This document shows, piece by piece, positions 25,000 to 35,178 of a stretch of 64,000 bases of DNA. The translations under genes were made by a program, and so were the position numbers. How positions within the stretch are numbered: the first letter of the stretch is position 1; the number at the start of each line of letters is the position of its first letter. Source of the DNA: Candidatus Levyibacteriota bacterium (lineage in GTDB: Bacteria; Patescibacteriota; Microgenomatia; Levybacterales; UBA12049); assembly GCA_016182185.1 (NCBI GenBank), contig JACOXU010000001.1, positions 466,915 to 530,914 of the forward strand, in the 5' to 3' direction. Below the pieces are notes generated by a model. It ran no database searches and was not told the origin of the DNA. It worked only from the letters and a program-made list of their open reading frames with translations.

Positions 25000-27372
25000 T
25001 TATGGATTGCCATTCTCCTCTGGTGTTTCTTCGTTATTATTTTTTTCATCTTCACTTAACGATTTTTGCTCTTGCATCTCCATCTCTTTGGGTTTTTCTT
25101 CTTTGGCCTTTGCAGTATCGACCATGGTTTCTTCCTCTTCCTCCTTTTTATCAATTTCTGAAATTATATCTTTGGCTGCTTCAAGCTTGGCCTTAAGATA
25201 TGCAATTACCTCTGTTTGAGCAAACCCTCCAATTAAGAGGAAGGGCAATATGGCGCCTACTGCCTCCATGCCTTTTGAAATACGTTGGGCATCAGCCGAA
25301 GTAAGTAGATTGATTATTTCTGTGATTTTATCAATATCAGTCTTAAGCCAGTCTTTTCTGCTTCTTTCCTTGCCCTCGATAGTTTTTGGCGGTTCAAGTT
25401 TTTGGTAGTTTTCCTGCCAGATCTTTTTGACTGATTCATAGTCATCTATGCTTACTGTTTGTATTCGATTTGCTACAGGGAAAGATTTTGCACCGAGCTC
25501 TTTAGCTCTTGAGATGTCGGCGCTTTCCAAAACAGATGCTGCAAGTGTACTTCCTTTTTCTTTGGCTTCCATTAATTGCTCTTTGAGGGTTTCATCAGGT
25601 GACTGTCCGGATGTAAGTGCGGTCATTATTGAGGAAGCCAGAGGATCCCCTCTTTGTTGAGCTTCAATAAGCGAATTCTTAAGATTATTAAGTTTTGCTC
25701 GCTCAGTCAGCGAACTTACACTATCAAGACTATTTATTTTATTAAATACTGTGGTAAGTCTACTTGTTTCTCTCTGGCGCTCAAAAGAAGAAGCACTAAC
25801 TCTGGTTTTTGAAACAGTATTTACGGCGGATAATATTGAGGAAGCCAGGGGGTCTCCCTTCTGAGCTTCCTGTTTAAGTCTTTCCTGCATAAGAGAAAAG
25901 TGTTGTCTCTGTGCAGGCAAAGCTACGAGCCGTGGGTTAGCAATACTTTCAAGCGTCTCATGAACTTTTGCCACTTGTTCATGCCTTGAAATATCCCGCG
26001 ACAACAAAGACGTTTCATATTTTGCAATATCAGTCATCTTGGGAACACTAAGATTCGCAAGATGAAGTATCTCAGACGTTGTCTGAGTACCCCTGACATT
26101 TGCTACTTGTGCTTGAATATCAGCCTGAGAAACCTTAAGATCAGGTATTTCAATTTTACTCGCAGTATAAGGTAATGGACGTGCCATGCCAGTAGGCTGG
26201 AAAAGCGGCGGTATCGGAGCCTGAGGTGTTTTAGGCGGAGGCGTAACTTTATTAACAAACGATGATCCTCCGGCTATAACTTGTTTAATAAATGTGTTTT
26301 CACTAAACGAAAAGTTGTTGAGGTAATCCAAGAATATCTGAAGAAGAAGAAATGGCAAAATAATTACGACCCAAAGCATCAGAAGTGCCACAACATAAAG
26401 AGCGAATGTATCTTTGTTGTTAACACTATTTGTCAAAGACAAAATCTGTCCGGGTCCTCCCAAAAGAATATTGATAGCTGTTGGATAAATAACATTATTT
26501 GGAATAAAGTTAAATTTCATTGGAATTCCCGAACGCCATACTGCAACTAAACCGGAGAGAAAAATTGCAAAAAGCGGTGCATAAAGCAACCATCTGAAAA
26601 ACTCACCTACCCAAATTTTGGCTGTATTTCGAATTGGTGAGTATAAAATAAGAAGTGGAAACACCGGAGATATAACAATAAAGAACCAGAGGATTATCTT
26701 ACGAAGAAGAAGGATTCCAACCATCACATAATACGTGATAGCGGTAAGTCTGACAAGAAGAAGTGAAATAAATGCTGATTCATCGTTTGCCGACCCAAAT
26801 TTGCGGTATCCTTCAAAACTTGAATAATCAAAACCAATATATAATAGGTCTTTTTGACAAATGTTAACGCATCCCGGAGATTGGCTTTTTAAGAAAAACC
26901 CTTGCACAGCATCATTTATTTGATAAATAAATTGAATAAGTGCAAATGAAAATGTTACTAAAAGAAGAATTATTATAAATCTGGGAATAAATTTCATGAC
27001 AGTAATATTCCTTCCCCGTGTAACTATGATTACAAAAGCTGTCACAAGAACAAGAAGTGCAAAAAAGGCATAGACAATATTTCTAATATCTGCCCAGAAG
27101 GAGGACAGAGGATTATTCTGCCCTCCTGTGACAAAAGACCAGTTGTAATTCTGAAGGGTCCAATCAAGAAATTCTCCAGACCGGGCACCCGTCTTGCCGA
27201 CGAAAGTAACCTCATCATCCTTGACCCATTGTCCCTCCACAGATCCCGTAGGAGTTGGCGTCTGTGCATTGACGCTTACGGAAAAAATGAAAAATTGAAA
27301 AATAATTATAAGAAGACCTAGAAAAACAGGCAGAATTTTTCTAAAATCGGGCAGGAATTTCTTCATATTCAT
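25000..27372 (-). CDS. Large polytopic membrane protein, VirB6/TrbL-like (type IV secretion inner-membrane component), with a long C-terminal hydrophilic domain containing internal repeats.
   Basis: 790 aa with a signal peptide, a short extracytoplasmic segment, about 6-8 TM helices, then a ~400-aa hydrophilic extension ending in a Glu/Lys-rich tail. Two copies of Q(R/K)GDPLASSI(M/L)(T/S)A. occur. The assignment rests on topology only. Confidence 0.35.
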   Translation of the reverse strand: MNMKKFLPDFRKILPVFLGLLIIIFQFFIFSVSVNAQTPTPTGSVEGQWVKDDEVTFVGKTGARSGEFLDWTLQNYNWSFVTGGQNNPLSSFWADIRNIVYAFFALLVLVTAFVIIVTRGRNITVMKFIPRFIIILLLVTFSFALIQFIYQINDAVQGFFLKSQSPGCVNICQKDLLYIGFDYSSFEGYRKFGSANDESAFISLLLVRLTAITYYVMVGILLLRKIILWFFIVISPVFPLLILYSPIRNTAKIWVGEFFRWLLYAPLFAIFLSGLVAVWRSGIPMKFNFIPNNVIYPTAINILLGGPGQILSLTNSVNNKDTFALYVVALLMLWVVIILPFLLLQIFLDYLNNFSFSENTFIKQVIAGGSSFVNKVTPPPKTPQAPIPPLFQPTGMARPLPYTASKIEIPDLKVSQADIQAQVANVRGTQTTSEILHLANLSVPKMTDIAKYETSLLSRDISRHEQVAKVHETLESIANPRLVALPAQRQHFSLMQERLKQEAQKGDPLASSILSAVNTVSKTRVSASSFERQRETSRLTTVFNKINSLDSVSSLTERAKLNNLKNSLIEAQQRGDPLASSIMTALTSGQSPDETLKEQLMEAKEKGSTLAASVLESADISRAKELGAKSFPVANRIQTVSIDDYESVKKIWQENYQKLEPPKTIEGKERSRKDWLKTDIDKITEIINLLTSADAQRISKGMEAVGAILPFLLIGGFAQTEVIAYLKAKLEAAKDIISEIDKKEEEEETMVDTAKAKEEKPKEMEMQEQKSLSEDEKNNNEETPEENGNP

Positions 27373-27686
27373 CTATTAAACCCAGGTATACGCAGTATGT
27401 CAACTGCAATGACTTGGATAAATATAAAACCAAAAATTGCCAAAAGTAATCCTGCAATTGCATAGTAAATGTAGTTTTTCCCAGAGGCAACTCTTGCAGG
27501 ATTTCCCGAAGAGGTAAGAATGGTATAGCCTCCCAATATGATAAACAGAAGTGCCACGCCGCCAATAAGACCTAACCCAATTCCATAGGTTTTTGCTACA
27601 AAACCAACCGGATCGGTGGGAATACAAGCGATGTCTGTGGCTATTTCATTGGCGCCACAATTGAGTGCAGCAAGAAGCGCTAACAT
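27369..27686 (-). CDS. VirB2/TrbC-like pilin-type small membrane protein.
   Basis: 105 aa with two hydrophobic segments (YGIGLGLIGGVALLFIILGG and YYAIAGLLLAIFGFIFIQVI) separated by a short polar loop. It overlaps the VirB6-like gene by 4 nt, suggesting translational coupling. Confidence 0.3.
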   Translation of the reverse strand: MLALLAALNCGANEIATDIACIPTDPVGFVAKTYGIGLGLIGGVALLFIILGGYTILTSSGNPARVASGKNYIYYAIAGLLLAIFGFIFIQVIAVDILRIPGFNR

Positions 27687-27711
27687 AATTTTATGTTAGC
27701 ATAATCAATAT

Positions 27712-28605
27712 TTAAAACCAACCCTTTTTCTTATCGGTTTTCTCGAATTCTTCAAGAAGTTCTTTCTGTTTACTGTTTAAGTGTTTTGGAACAATAACTT
27801 TTATTCTCACATAATGATCTCCTCTTGCCGAGCTTTGAACAACTGGAGCGCCCCTATGCCTTAATCTAATAACAGTATCTGGTTGGGTACCAGATGGTAT
27901 TCGAAGTTTAACCGGACCATCAATTGTTTCAACGGCTATAGTGTCCCCCAAGGCTGCCTTGATAAACGAGACCTCTATTTCTGAGATAATATTCGGACCC
28001 TCTCTTTTAAATCTTTTGTCAGGGGTTACTTCGATCAGAATATCATAGTCACCGAAACGAATTCTTGAACCGGTATCAACACCTTTAGGAATCTTTATCG
28101 TCTGTGTTTTGCCGTCAACTGTAACTCTTTTTGTAACCCCCTTCATAGCTTCCATAAAATCTATAGTTACTCCATAAACAGGTCTTCGGGCTCGCTGTGT
28201 AAAGGGAGAACCGCCGCCAAAAAACTGTTCAAATATTTCAAAAGGGTCTGTAAATCCTCCAAAATCAAAGTCATTTGTTCCACCACCAGTTGTATACGTA
28301 TAAGTAAATGGACCATAACGGCCCTGCCTTGATTCTCCCTGAAAACCTCCGCCAAAAGGACTGCCGCCAGGATATCCTTGGGAAAATGCAGCCGGTCCAT
28401 ATTGATCGTAAGTTTGTCTTTTGTTAGAATCAGACAAAACTTCGTAGGCCTGAGTTATTTCTTTGAATTTTTCATGAGCCTCTTTTGATTTATTGCGATC
28501 CGGATGATAGGCGAGTGCAAGCTTTCGATAAGCCTTTTTAATCTCATCTCCGGTTGCATTTTTTGAAATGCCTAAAATCTTGTAATAATCTTTTTCACTT
28601 GCCAT
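27712..28605 (-). CDS. dnaJ: DnaJ-family co-chaperone (J domain plus G/F region, no Cys-rich zinc finger; type II/CbpA-like).
   Basis: 297 aa: J domain [33 protein letters not shown], a Gly/Phe-rich region and C-terminal substrate-binding domains. No CxxCxGxG repeats are present. Confidence 0.8.
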   Translation of the reverse strand: MASEKDYYKILGISKNATGDEIKKAYRKLALAYHPDRNKSKEAHEKFKEITQAYEVLSDSNKRQTYDQYGPAAFSQGYPGGSPFGGGFQGESRQGRYGPFTYTYTTGGGTNDFDFGGFTDPFEIFEQFFGGGSPFTQRARRPVYGVTIDFMEAMKGVTKRVTVDGKTQTIKIPKGVDTGSRIRFGDYDILIEVTPDKRFKREGPNIISEIEVSFIKAALGDTIAVETIDGPVKLRIPSGTQPDTVIRLRHRGAPVVQSSARGDHYVRIKVIVPKHLNSKQKELLEEFEKTDKKKGWF

Positions 28606-28623
28606 AGGTTACACTATTATACT

Positions 28624-28646
28624 AAAAAGGCGCGTTTACAGCGCCT
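28624..28646 (-). terminator. Rho-independent terminator downstream of dnaK.
   Basis: The minus strand reads aggcgc-tgtaaac-gcgcct followed by ttttt: a 6-bp GC stem, 7-nt loop and U-run. Confidence 0.5.
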
Positions 28647-28672
28647 CAATATTTATCTGCGCGGGGAGCTTG

Positions 28673-28754
28673 CAAAATTTTCGCTGTGAACATTTGTGCC
28701 CTCTATCTTGAGTTTCTGAATTACATTGTTCACATTGTGAACACGAAAATTTTG
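28673..28754. promoter_or_regulatory. Cluster of TGTGAACA/TGTTCACA 8-mers between dnaK and dnaJ, including the 17-bp palindrome TGTTCACA-T-TGTGAACA. Candidate operator.
   Basis: Read directly: tgtgaaca at 28685-28692, tgttcacattgtgaaca at 28727-28743, and flanking aaaattttcg/cgaaaatttt inverted units. No match to the CIRCE, HAIR or CtsR consensus. Confidence 0.3.
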
Positions 28755-28777
28755 TGAGCAACCTCAGCGCTTAATTC

Positions 28778-30682
28778 TTAATTAACTACTTCTCCCTCAA
28801 CAGGTTCCTCCGTCTTAGGCTCTTCTGTCTTTGTCTCTCCGTCTGTCTTTGCCTCTTCTCCTGTTTTCTTTTCTCCATCTGACGGAGATTTACTTTGATA
28901 CATAGCCTGACCTATTTTCTGAAGGGAATCAGAAAGTTCTTTTGTCTTTTCTTCTAAATCTTCCTTTGTCCCGCTATCAAGAATGCTCTTAAGATTTGAG
29001 ATTTTTTCTTCTACTTCTTTTTTAAGCGACTCATCTGCCTTGTCTCCTGCCTCTCGTAGTGTCTTCTCGGCGGTAAAGATAAGTGAATCGGCTGCATTTT
29101 TGGTCTCAATTAAGTCTTTTTTCTCTGTATCTTCCTTCGCGTGTTCCTCTGCCTCTTTGGTCATTCTCTCAACTTCATCTTTGGTCAATCCGGTTGATCC
29201 GGTAATCTTGATACTTTGTTCCTTGCCGGTTGCCTTATCTTGTGCTTTTACTTTTAAGATTCCATTGGCATCAATGTCAAAAGTAACTTCAATTTGTGGC
29301 ACTCCACGAGGTGCGGGAGGAATACCATCTAAGATAAAACGTCCAAGTGACTTATTATCAGAGGCCATGGGGCGCTCACCTTGAAGAATATTAATTTCAA
29401 CCTGTGTCTGATTATCGGCTGCAGTTGAAAATACTTGAGATTTTGATGTTGGAATAGTTGTATTTCTTGAGATAAGGGGGGTAGAAACTCCTCCTAAAGT
29501 TTCTATTCCAAGTGTCAAAGGAGTAACATCCAAAAGAAGAACATCCTTCACTTCCCCTCCCAATACTCCTCCCTGAATTGCCGCGCCGATTGCTACGACC
29601 TCATCCGGATTTACTGATTTATTCGGTTCTTTACCAAAGAATTTGCTGACGGCCTCGACAACTTTTGGCATTCTTGTCATTCCGCCTACCATAACGATTT
29701 CATCTACATCTGAGGTTTTGATCTTAGCATCCTTCAGAGCAAGCTCAACCGGCTTTATGGTTTTTTGAATCAAAGGATCAACTATTTGTTCAAGTTTTGC
29801 TCGGGTTAATGTCATTGTCAGATGCAAAGGACCATCTTTTCCTTGAGTAATGAAGGGCTGATTAATTTGAGCCTCCTGGGTGGATGATAATTCTATTTTT
29901 GCTTTTTCTGCTGATTCTTTAAGTCTTTGAAGAGCCTGAGGATCTTTTTTTAGATCTACTCCGTGTTCTTTCTTAAATTCCTCAGCAAGATAATCAATAA
30001 TTGCTTTATCAAAATCATCTCCTCCCAAATGAGTATCTCCATTGGTTGATTTTACTTCATATACTCCCTCTCCAAGTTCAAGAATTGAGATATCAAATGT
30101 TCCTCCTCCTAAGTCATAAACTGCAATCGTGTGTGCATTTTTCTTATCCAGTCCATAGGCCAAAGCGGCAGCGGTTGGTTCATTAATAATTCTTAAAACC
30201 TCAAGTCCGGCGATTTCTCCTGCCTGTTTGGTAGCCTGGCGTTCACTGTCATCAAAATAGGCTGGCACTGTAATTACTGCTTGTGTAATTTTTTCTCCCA
30301 GATACGTTTCGGCATCTTTTTTAATTTTTTGTAGAATTTGAGCGGAGATTTCCTGGGGGGTAAAAGTTTTACCATCGACTTCAACCAACGCCATACCATC
30401 ACGTCCTCCCTTTACTGTATATGGCAGCCATTTAAGATCGTACTGGACTGATTCATCCTTGAATTTTCGTCCGACAAGTCGCTTGATGGAATAAATAGTT
30501 GTTTTGGGCTTGAGCACCAATTGGCGTTTTGCCACATCTCCCACAACATGAGAAATCGGATCTACAACCGACGGTATGACATTTCTGCCTTCTGCTGAAT
30601 GTATAACTTTGGGACTTCCTCCTTCCATCACGGCAACACATGAATTTGTTGTACCTAAATCTATTCCAATTATTTTTCCCAT
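28778..30682 (-). CDS. dnaK: Chaperone DnaK (Hsp70).
   Basis: 634 aa: [22 protein letters not shown], the Hsp70 signatures and an acidic C-terminal tail. Confidence 0.95.
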   Translation of the reverse strand: MGKIIGIDLGTTNSCVAVMEGGSPKVIHSAEGRNVIPSVVDPISHVVGDVAKRQLVLKPKTTIYSIKRLVGRKFKDESVQYDLKWLPYTVKGGRDGMALVEVDGKTFTPQEISAQILQKIKKDAETYLGEKITQAVITVPAYFDDSERQATKQAGEIAGLEVLRIINEPTAAALAYGLDKKNAHTIAVYDLGGGTFDISILELGEGVYEVKSTNGDTHLGGDDFDKAIIDYLAEEFKKEHGVDLKKDPQALQRLKESAEKAKIELSSTQEAQINQPFITQGKDGPLHLTMTLTRAKLEQIVDPLIQKTIKPVELALKDAKIKTSDVDEIVMVGGMTRMPKVVEAVSKFFGKEPNKSVNPDEVVAIGAAIQGGVLGGEVKDVLLLDVTPLTLGIETLGGVSTPLISRNTTIPTSKSQVFSTAADNQTQVEINILQGERPMASDNKSLGRFILDGIPPAPRGVPQIEVTFDIDANGILKVKAQDKATGKEQSIKITGSTGLTKDEVERMTKEAEEHAKEDTEKKDLIETKNAADSLIFTAEKTLREAGDKADESLKKEVEEKISNLKSILDSGTKEDLEEKTKELSDSLQKIGQAMYQSKSPSDGEKKTGEEAKTDGETKTEEPKTEEPVEGEVVN

Positions 30683-30685
30683 ATT

Positions 30686-31147
30686 TTATCCTTTCTTTCC
30701 TACTATTACTTGAGCTGGTCTTAAAACTTTTTCTTCCATAATATATCCTTGCTTTATTTCTTCAATGACTATTCCCTCTTGTCCTGAGCCTGTCGAAGGG
30801 TCGACTTCTCTTGCTTGCACGCATTCCATAACTTTTGGATCAAATTCTTTACCCTTGGTTTCTATCTGTTTTACTCCTTCGTTTTCTAGTATATCCAAGA
30901 ATTTTTTTATACTCAAGGCTACTCCCTCATCTTTTGTATGTTTTTCAGCCAAGATAAGTGCGTCAAGAGCCGGCAAAAGTCTAAGTATCAAGCCTTTATT
31001 TGCCGATCTTATGAGATCTTCTCTTTCAAGCGCTACTCTTTTCTCAAGGTTCTGATAATCTGCTAATGTTCGTTTTAATTGTTCTTCAAGCTCTTTCTCT
31101 TGTGTTTCTAATTTTTTTGTTTCTTCTTGCTTTGCTCTTTTTGCCAT
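30686..31147 (-). CDS. grpE: Nucleotide exchange factor GrpE.
   Basis: 153 aa with an N-terminal coiled coil and a C-terminal GrpE beta-domain, positioned between hrcA and dnaK. Confidence 0.8.
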   Translation of the reverse strand: MAKRAKQEETKKLETQEKELEEQLKRTLADYQNLEKRVALEREDLIRSANKGLILRLLPALDALILAEKHTKDEGVALSIKKFLDILENEGVKQIETKGKEFDPKVMECVQAREVDPSTGSGQEGIVIEEIKQGYIMEEKVLRPAQVIVGKKG

Positions 31148-31197
31148 TTTCTCATTATTTTATTTTATTTTTTATTTTCAATATTTAATATTGAAGC

Positions 31198-31929
31198 TTA
31201 CCATCCTTCAGCAATTTCACTGATTAGATTTCCGTAATATCTGACCGTAGGTATTACAGAAGTATAATTTAATCTATTCGGACCAATCACGCCAATTTCT
31301 CCAACTGAATGCTTTGGGGTTTTGTATTGGGTAAAGATAAATCCATAAGGACCCTTAAGCCTTGGGCCCAATTCCTCACCCAAGAGTATATGAATATCTT
31401 CATCGTCAATTGTCTTTGCAAAGATATCATTAAAAAATTCAAACTCATCAAGTACGCTGAGTAAATTTTTGGTGATATCTATATCAAAAAATTCAGGCAT
31501 ATCTAATATATTTGAATACCCGGAGCAGAAAATATCTCCCTCTTCATTTGCTGCAATCGCCACAGACTTAGTCTTCTCAGCCAGTGATTTAGTAAGTTCT
31601 TTTAAAAGCCGCTGTTGTTTGGCTCTATAATCCCAGACTTTTTCTTTAAGCTGTACTTCCTCGGTCACTGAAATTTCCTTTTCTTTCATTAGCTGACTTA
31701 CATAAAATTTCATACCCATAGGAGTTGGTGTTCTTCCTGCAGATGAGTGGGGTTTTTGAAGATAACCAAGCTGGGTTAATTTGACCATTTCATTTCGAAT
31801 CGTTGCCGGAGAAGCAGAGATATTGTGTTTTTTTTCCAAAGTCTCAGAGCCCACAGGAGCTGCTGTCTCAATATATTCTTCAATAAGATTTTTTAGAATT
31901 TCGACTTGTCTTTGTGTTAAATTATGCAT
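31198..31929 (-). CDS. hrcA: Heat-inducible transcription repressor HrcA (short form).
   Basis: 243 aa with the N-terminal winged helix LTQRQVEILKNLIEEYIETAAPVGSETL, the first gene of the hrcA-grpE-dnaK-dnaJ block. Confidence 0.8.
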   Translation of the reverse strand: MHNLTQRQVEILKNLIEEYIETAAPVGSETLEKKHNISASPATIRNEMVKLTQLGYLQKPHSSAGRTPTPMGMKFYVSQLMKEKEISVTEEVQLKEKVWDYRAKQQRLLKELTKSLAEKTKSVAIAANEEGDIFCSGYSNILDMPEFFDIDITKNLLSVLDEFEFFNDIFAKTIDDEDIHILLGEELGPRLKGPYGFIFTQYKTPKHSVGEIGVIGPNRLNYTSVIPTVRYYGNLISEIAEGW

Positions 31930-31977
31930 AGTAAAAACTCAAAAATTAAATCTCAAATGTCAAAACTTGAGATTGGA

Positions 31978-32004
31978 TTAGCACTAATATAGCATGACTG
32001 CTAA
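31978..32004. promoter_or_regulatory. CIRCE-like inverted repeat (HrcA operator) upstream of hrcA.
   Basis: TTAGCACTA-ATATAGCAT-GACTGCTAA against the consensus TTAGCACTC-N9-GAGTGCTAA, matching 8/9 positions in each half with the correct 9-nt spacer. Confidence 0.6.
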
Positions 32005-32109
32005 TTTCTGTCAAGACCCAAAATTATTATTTTCAAATTTTGAGTCGCATATTCTAAGCCTGTCAAATGCATCAAGGCTTGATTCAAATATTTGTGCTAA
32101 ACTGAATTT

Positions 32110-32445
32110 ATGAGACGAGGAAAAAGACCATTTTGGCTGTTAGCTATTAGTCTTTTGTCATTAGTTTTTTTAATCTACTTAATCGTTTCTTTGTCTCCAA
32201 ATTATCAATTCTCAACTCTCAATTTTCAACTTCCGATATTACCGGTTTTTCTTCTCACCGTTTTTTTGTCTCTTTTCTTTTCTTTCTCTTATATTTTCAT
32301 CAATTTCAGAAGAGGTTTTGTTGTAGGATTATTTACCGTAACTTATCTACTTCTCAGACTTTTTGACCTAACTCACATTTTTTTTCTAATAATCCTCACA
32401 ATCCTCTTCCTTACTCTTGAATTATTTTTCTCATATAAAAAATAA
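32110..32445 (+). CDS. Small hydrophobic membrane protein (hypothetical).
   Basis: 111 aa consisting almost entirely of three predicted TM helices. Confidence 0.3.
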   Translation: MRRGKRPFWLLAISLLSLVFLIYLIVSLSPNYQFSTLNFQLPILPVFLLTVFLSLFFSFSYIFINFRRGFVVGLFTVTYLLLRLFDLTHIFFLIILTILFLTLELFFSYKK

Positions 32446-32480
32446 TTTGACAACTGCTGGCTAATTGTTATAATTGCCTT

Positions 32481-32879
32481 GTGACTACAGAGACAAAAGA
32501 AGCTACGCACGATCCGCTTTGGATCAGATTTGATGAAAGAATAAGCATTTTTATAGATGGTAGGCCAGATCAAGAGGAGGAAGCATTGGAGTGGCTTGTT
32601 ACATTAACACAATTCTTCGGCCCAGAGACAAGACACAAAGAAGATTTTGGCGTAAGAGATATTGAATCAGTACTTACGAAACTGATGAGAAACCGAATTG
32701 AATGGAATAGAAAGCAAGGTCGACAAGTAACTGAAGAGCAATTTGTTGATTGGGTTTTCGAAGAGCCGGTTCCCGAATTGTTACCCCCAGGCTGTTCAAC
32801 TTTAGATTTAATTATGAGAAAAGTTATGCCTGCTGGCGAATTTTTTGGGCCTATGCCAAAAGAGTTTAAAAAATATTAA
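32481..32879 (+). CDS. Hypothetical protein (GTG start) preceded by a sigma70-like promoter.
   Basis: 132-aa ORF with locally higher GC. Upstream is TTGACA (32448-32453), a 17-nt spacer, then ATAATT. Confidence 0.35.
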   Translation: MTTETKEATHDPLWIRFDERISIFIDGRPDQEEEALEWLVTLTQFFGPETRHKEDFGVRDIESVLTKLMRNRIEWNRKQGRQVTEEQFVDWVFEEPVPELLPPGCSTLDLIMRKVMPAGEFFGPMPKEFKKY

Positions 32880-32924
32880 TTCCTTGTCCGCGTTTACCTT
32901 CTCTGATAAAATTACTTCACAGCT

Positions 32925-34343
32925 ATGAATAAATTTTATATAACCAATGCGATTCCTTATGTAAATGCCAAGCCTCATATCGGACATGCGCTCGAATTTG
33001 TGCAATCAGATGTCATTGCCAGATACCAAAGACAAATCGGAAATGAAGTAATACTTCTCTGCGGATCTGATGAGAATGCTTTGAAGAATGTTCAGGCCGC
33101 AGAGCAAGAGAAAATCTCCGTGCAGGAATTGGTCGATCGAAATTCCAAACTTTTTGAAGAACTTGCAGTAAAATTGAATGTTCAATTCGATATTTTCCAA
33201 AGAGGAAGTGATCCCAAGCATCACAAATCATCACAGGAACTGTGGAATTTGTGTTTTAAAAACGGCGATATATACAAGAAAAAGTATACGGGGCTTTATT
33301 GCGTCGGATGCGAATTATTTTATGAGAAAAATGAACTTGATGAAAATGGAGAATGCTTAGAGCACCCGGGTAAAAAACTCGACGAGGTTTCTGAAGAAAA
33401 TTATTTCTTCAAACTTTCCAAGTACCAAAATGAAATTGAAAAAATTATAAAATCCGATCAAATTCAAATAATTCCGCAAAATAGAAAAAATGAAGCACTG
33501 GAATTTATTAAACTTGGTCTTCAGGATATAAGCATTTCCCGCTCAAATGAAAGGGCCAAAAACTGGGGTGTTTCGGTTCCAAACGACCCAAGTCAAAAAA
33601 TGTATGTTTGGTTTGATGCTTTAAATATTTATAGAAGCGGGGCGGAGAAATGGTGGCCGGCAGATCTACACGTAATCGGTAAGGGAATTTTAAGATTCCA
33701 TGCGATTTATTGGCCCGCCTTTCTTCTCTCAGCAGGTCTTAAGCTTCCCAAAAATATTTTTGTCCATGAATACATTACGGTTAATGGACAAAAAATGTCA
33801 AAAACTCTCGGCAATATTATTGATCCGATTGATTTAATCAAAAAATATGGCCCAGAGGCTCTTCGTTACTATCTCCTTCGTTATATTTCTCCTTTTTCGG
33901 ACGGAGATTTCTCAGAAGATAAGTTTATCAAAGCATATAATGCAGACCTGGCAAATGGATTGGGGAATCTTATTGCCCGCGTCGCCAAACTTTGTGAAAC
34001 AGAAAACTATACTCAAATGGGTTCCAGGATCAATGTTTCAGCCCACATTATAAATATTGAGAAATACTCGGAGGCAATCTTGAATTTTCATTTTAATGAT
34101 GCTTTATCTCTCGTCTGGGAAAAGCTTGCCGGCATTGATAAATTTATCAGTGCTGAAAAACCATGGATTCTAATCCAGGAAAAAAATCCCAGAATAAAAA
34201 GTATTCTCTCCCATCTTATTGATCAGATTCAAGAGGTCGCAGCGCTTCTTGAACCATTTCTTCCCGAAACCGCCCAGAAAATCGAAGATCAATTCAAGGG
34301 TCCCAAAATAATTTCTGGCGCACCCTTATTTCCCAGAATCTAA
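32925..34343 (+). CDS. metG: Methionyl-tRNA synthetase (minimal form with a zinc knuckle).
   Basis: 472 aa with the HIGH motif (PHIGHAL), KMSKS (KMSKT) and the knuckle CVGCELFYEKNELDENGECLEHPG. Confidence 0.9.
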   Translation: MNKFYITNAIPYVNAKPHIGHALEFVQSDVIARYQRQIGNEVILLCGSDENALKNVQAAEQEKISVQELVDRNSKLFEELAVKLNVQFDIFQRGSDPKHHKSSQELWNLCFKNGDIYKKKYTGLYCVGCELFYEKNELDENGECLEHPGKKLDEVSEENYFFKLSKYQNEIEKIIKSDQIQIIPQNRKNEALEFIKLGLQDISISRSNERAKNWGVSVPNDPSQKMYVWFDALNIYRSGAEKWWPADLHVIGKGILRFHAIYWPAFLLSAGLKLPKNIFVHEYITVNGQKMSKTLGNIIDPIDLIKKYGPEALRYYLLRYISPFSDGDFSEDKFIKAYNADLANGLGNLIARVAKLCETENYTQMGSRINVSAHIINIEKYSEAILNFHFNDALSLVWEKLAGIDKFISAEKPWILIQEKNPRIKSILSHLIDQIQEVAALLEPFLPETAQKIEDQFKGPKIISGAPLFPRI

Positions 34344-34352
34344 TTTAGACTT

Positions 34353-35159
34353 ATGGTAGATGTACACTGCCATCTAAACTTTCATTCTTTTGAAAAAGAT
34401 TATGATGAGGTTATTAAACATGCCTCAAAAAACGGAGTTAAAAAAATAATAAATGTAGGTACTAAGATTGACTCAAGCCAAGAAGCAGTTGAATTGGCTA
34501 AAAAGTATGAGAATCTTCATGCAATCGTCGGTGTTCATCCTCATCATGCAGATAAATTGGAAAGAAATTGGATATTAGAACTTGAGAAACTTACCAAAAA
34601 TCCTAAAATCGTCGGCATCGGAGAATGCGGAATGGATTTTTACCGATATAAATCAAACGATATAGTTGATCCTAGCCTTCAAAAAGAAGTCTTTATTAAG
34701 CAGATAGAACTTGCTTATAAACTTAAACTTCCACTTCAGATTCATAACCGTCACGCGGGAAAAGAAATTATCGAAATTCTCACACATCATAAATCTTCTC
34801 TTTTAAATACTCCTGGTATGTTTCACTGCATGTCGGGAAATATTGAATTATTAAAAGGGGTACTTGAGCTTGGTTTTTATATTGGGTTTGACGGAAATAT
34901 TACATATAAAGGTATCGCGCCCGGAGAAGATACTTTTTTGCCTGATTTGGTCAAATATACGCCTCTTGATAGGATAGTTACAGAAACAGACAGTCCATTT
35001 CTGACACCTGAGCCTTACCGAGGTAGAAGAAATGTTCCCTCGTATGTTATAATTGTGGGTGAATCCATAGCAAAAATTAAAAACGCTTCTTTCGCCGAAG
35101 TTAATAAAATTACAACCGAGAACGCAATGAATTTATTCAAACTAAACGCTATGCCCTAA
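34353..35159 (+). CDS. tatD: TatD-family metal-dependent DNase/hydrolase.
   Basis: 268 aa: MVDVHCHLNF, GECGMDFYR and the conserved His/Asp/Glu ligand pattern of TatD. Confidence 0.85.
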   Translation: MVDVHCHLNFHSFEKDYDEVIKHASKNGVKKIINVGTKIDSSQEAVELAKKYENLHAIVGVHPHHADKLERNWILELEKLTKNPKIVGIGECGMDFYRYKSNDIVDPSLQKEVFIKQIELAYKLKLPLQIHNRHAGKEIIEILTHHKSSLLNTPGMFHCMSGNIELLKGVLELGFYIGFDGNITYKGIAPGEDTFLPDLVKYTPLDRIVTETDSPFLTPEPYRGRRNVPSYVIIVGESIAKIKNASFAEVNKITTENAMNLFKLNAMP

Positions 35160-35178
35160 TTGCTTAGCACTAAAACAT

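Noticed and set aside
28705-28711. HspR HAIR operator (CTTGAGT-N7-ACTCAAG)
   Set aside because: Only one half-site is present, and the expected partner ACTCAAG is absent 7 nt downstream.
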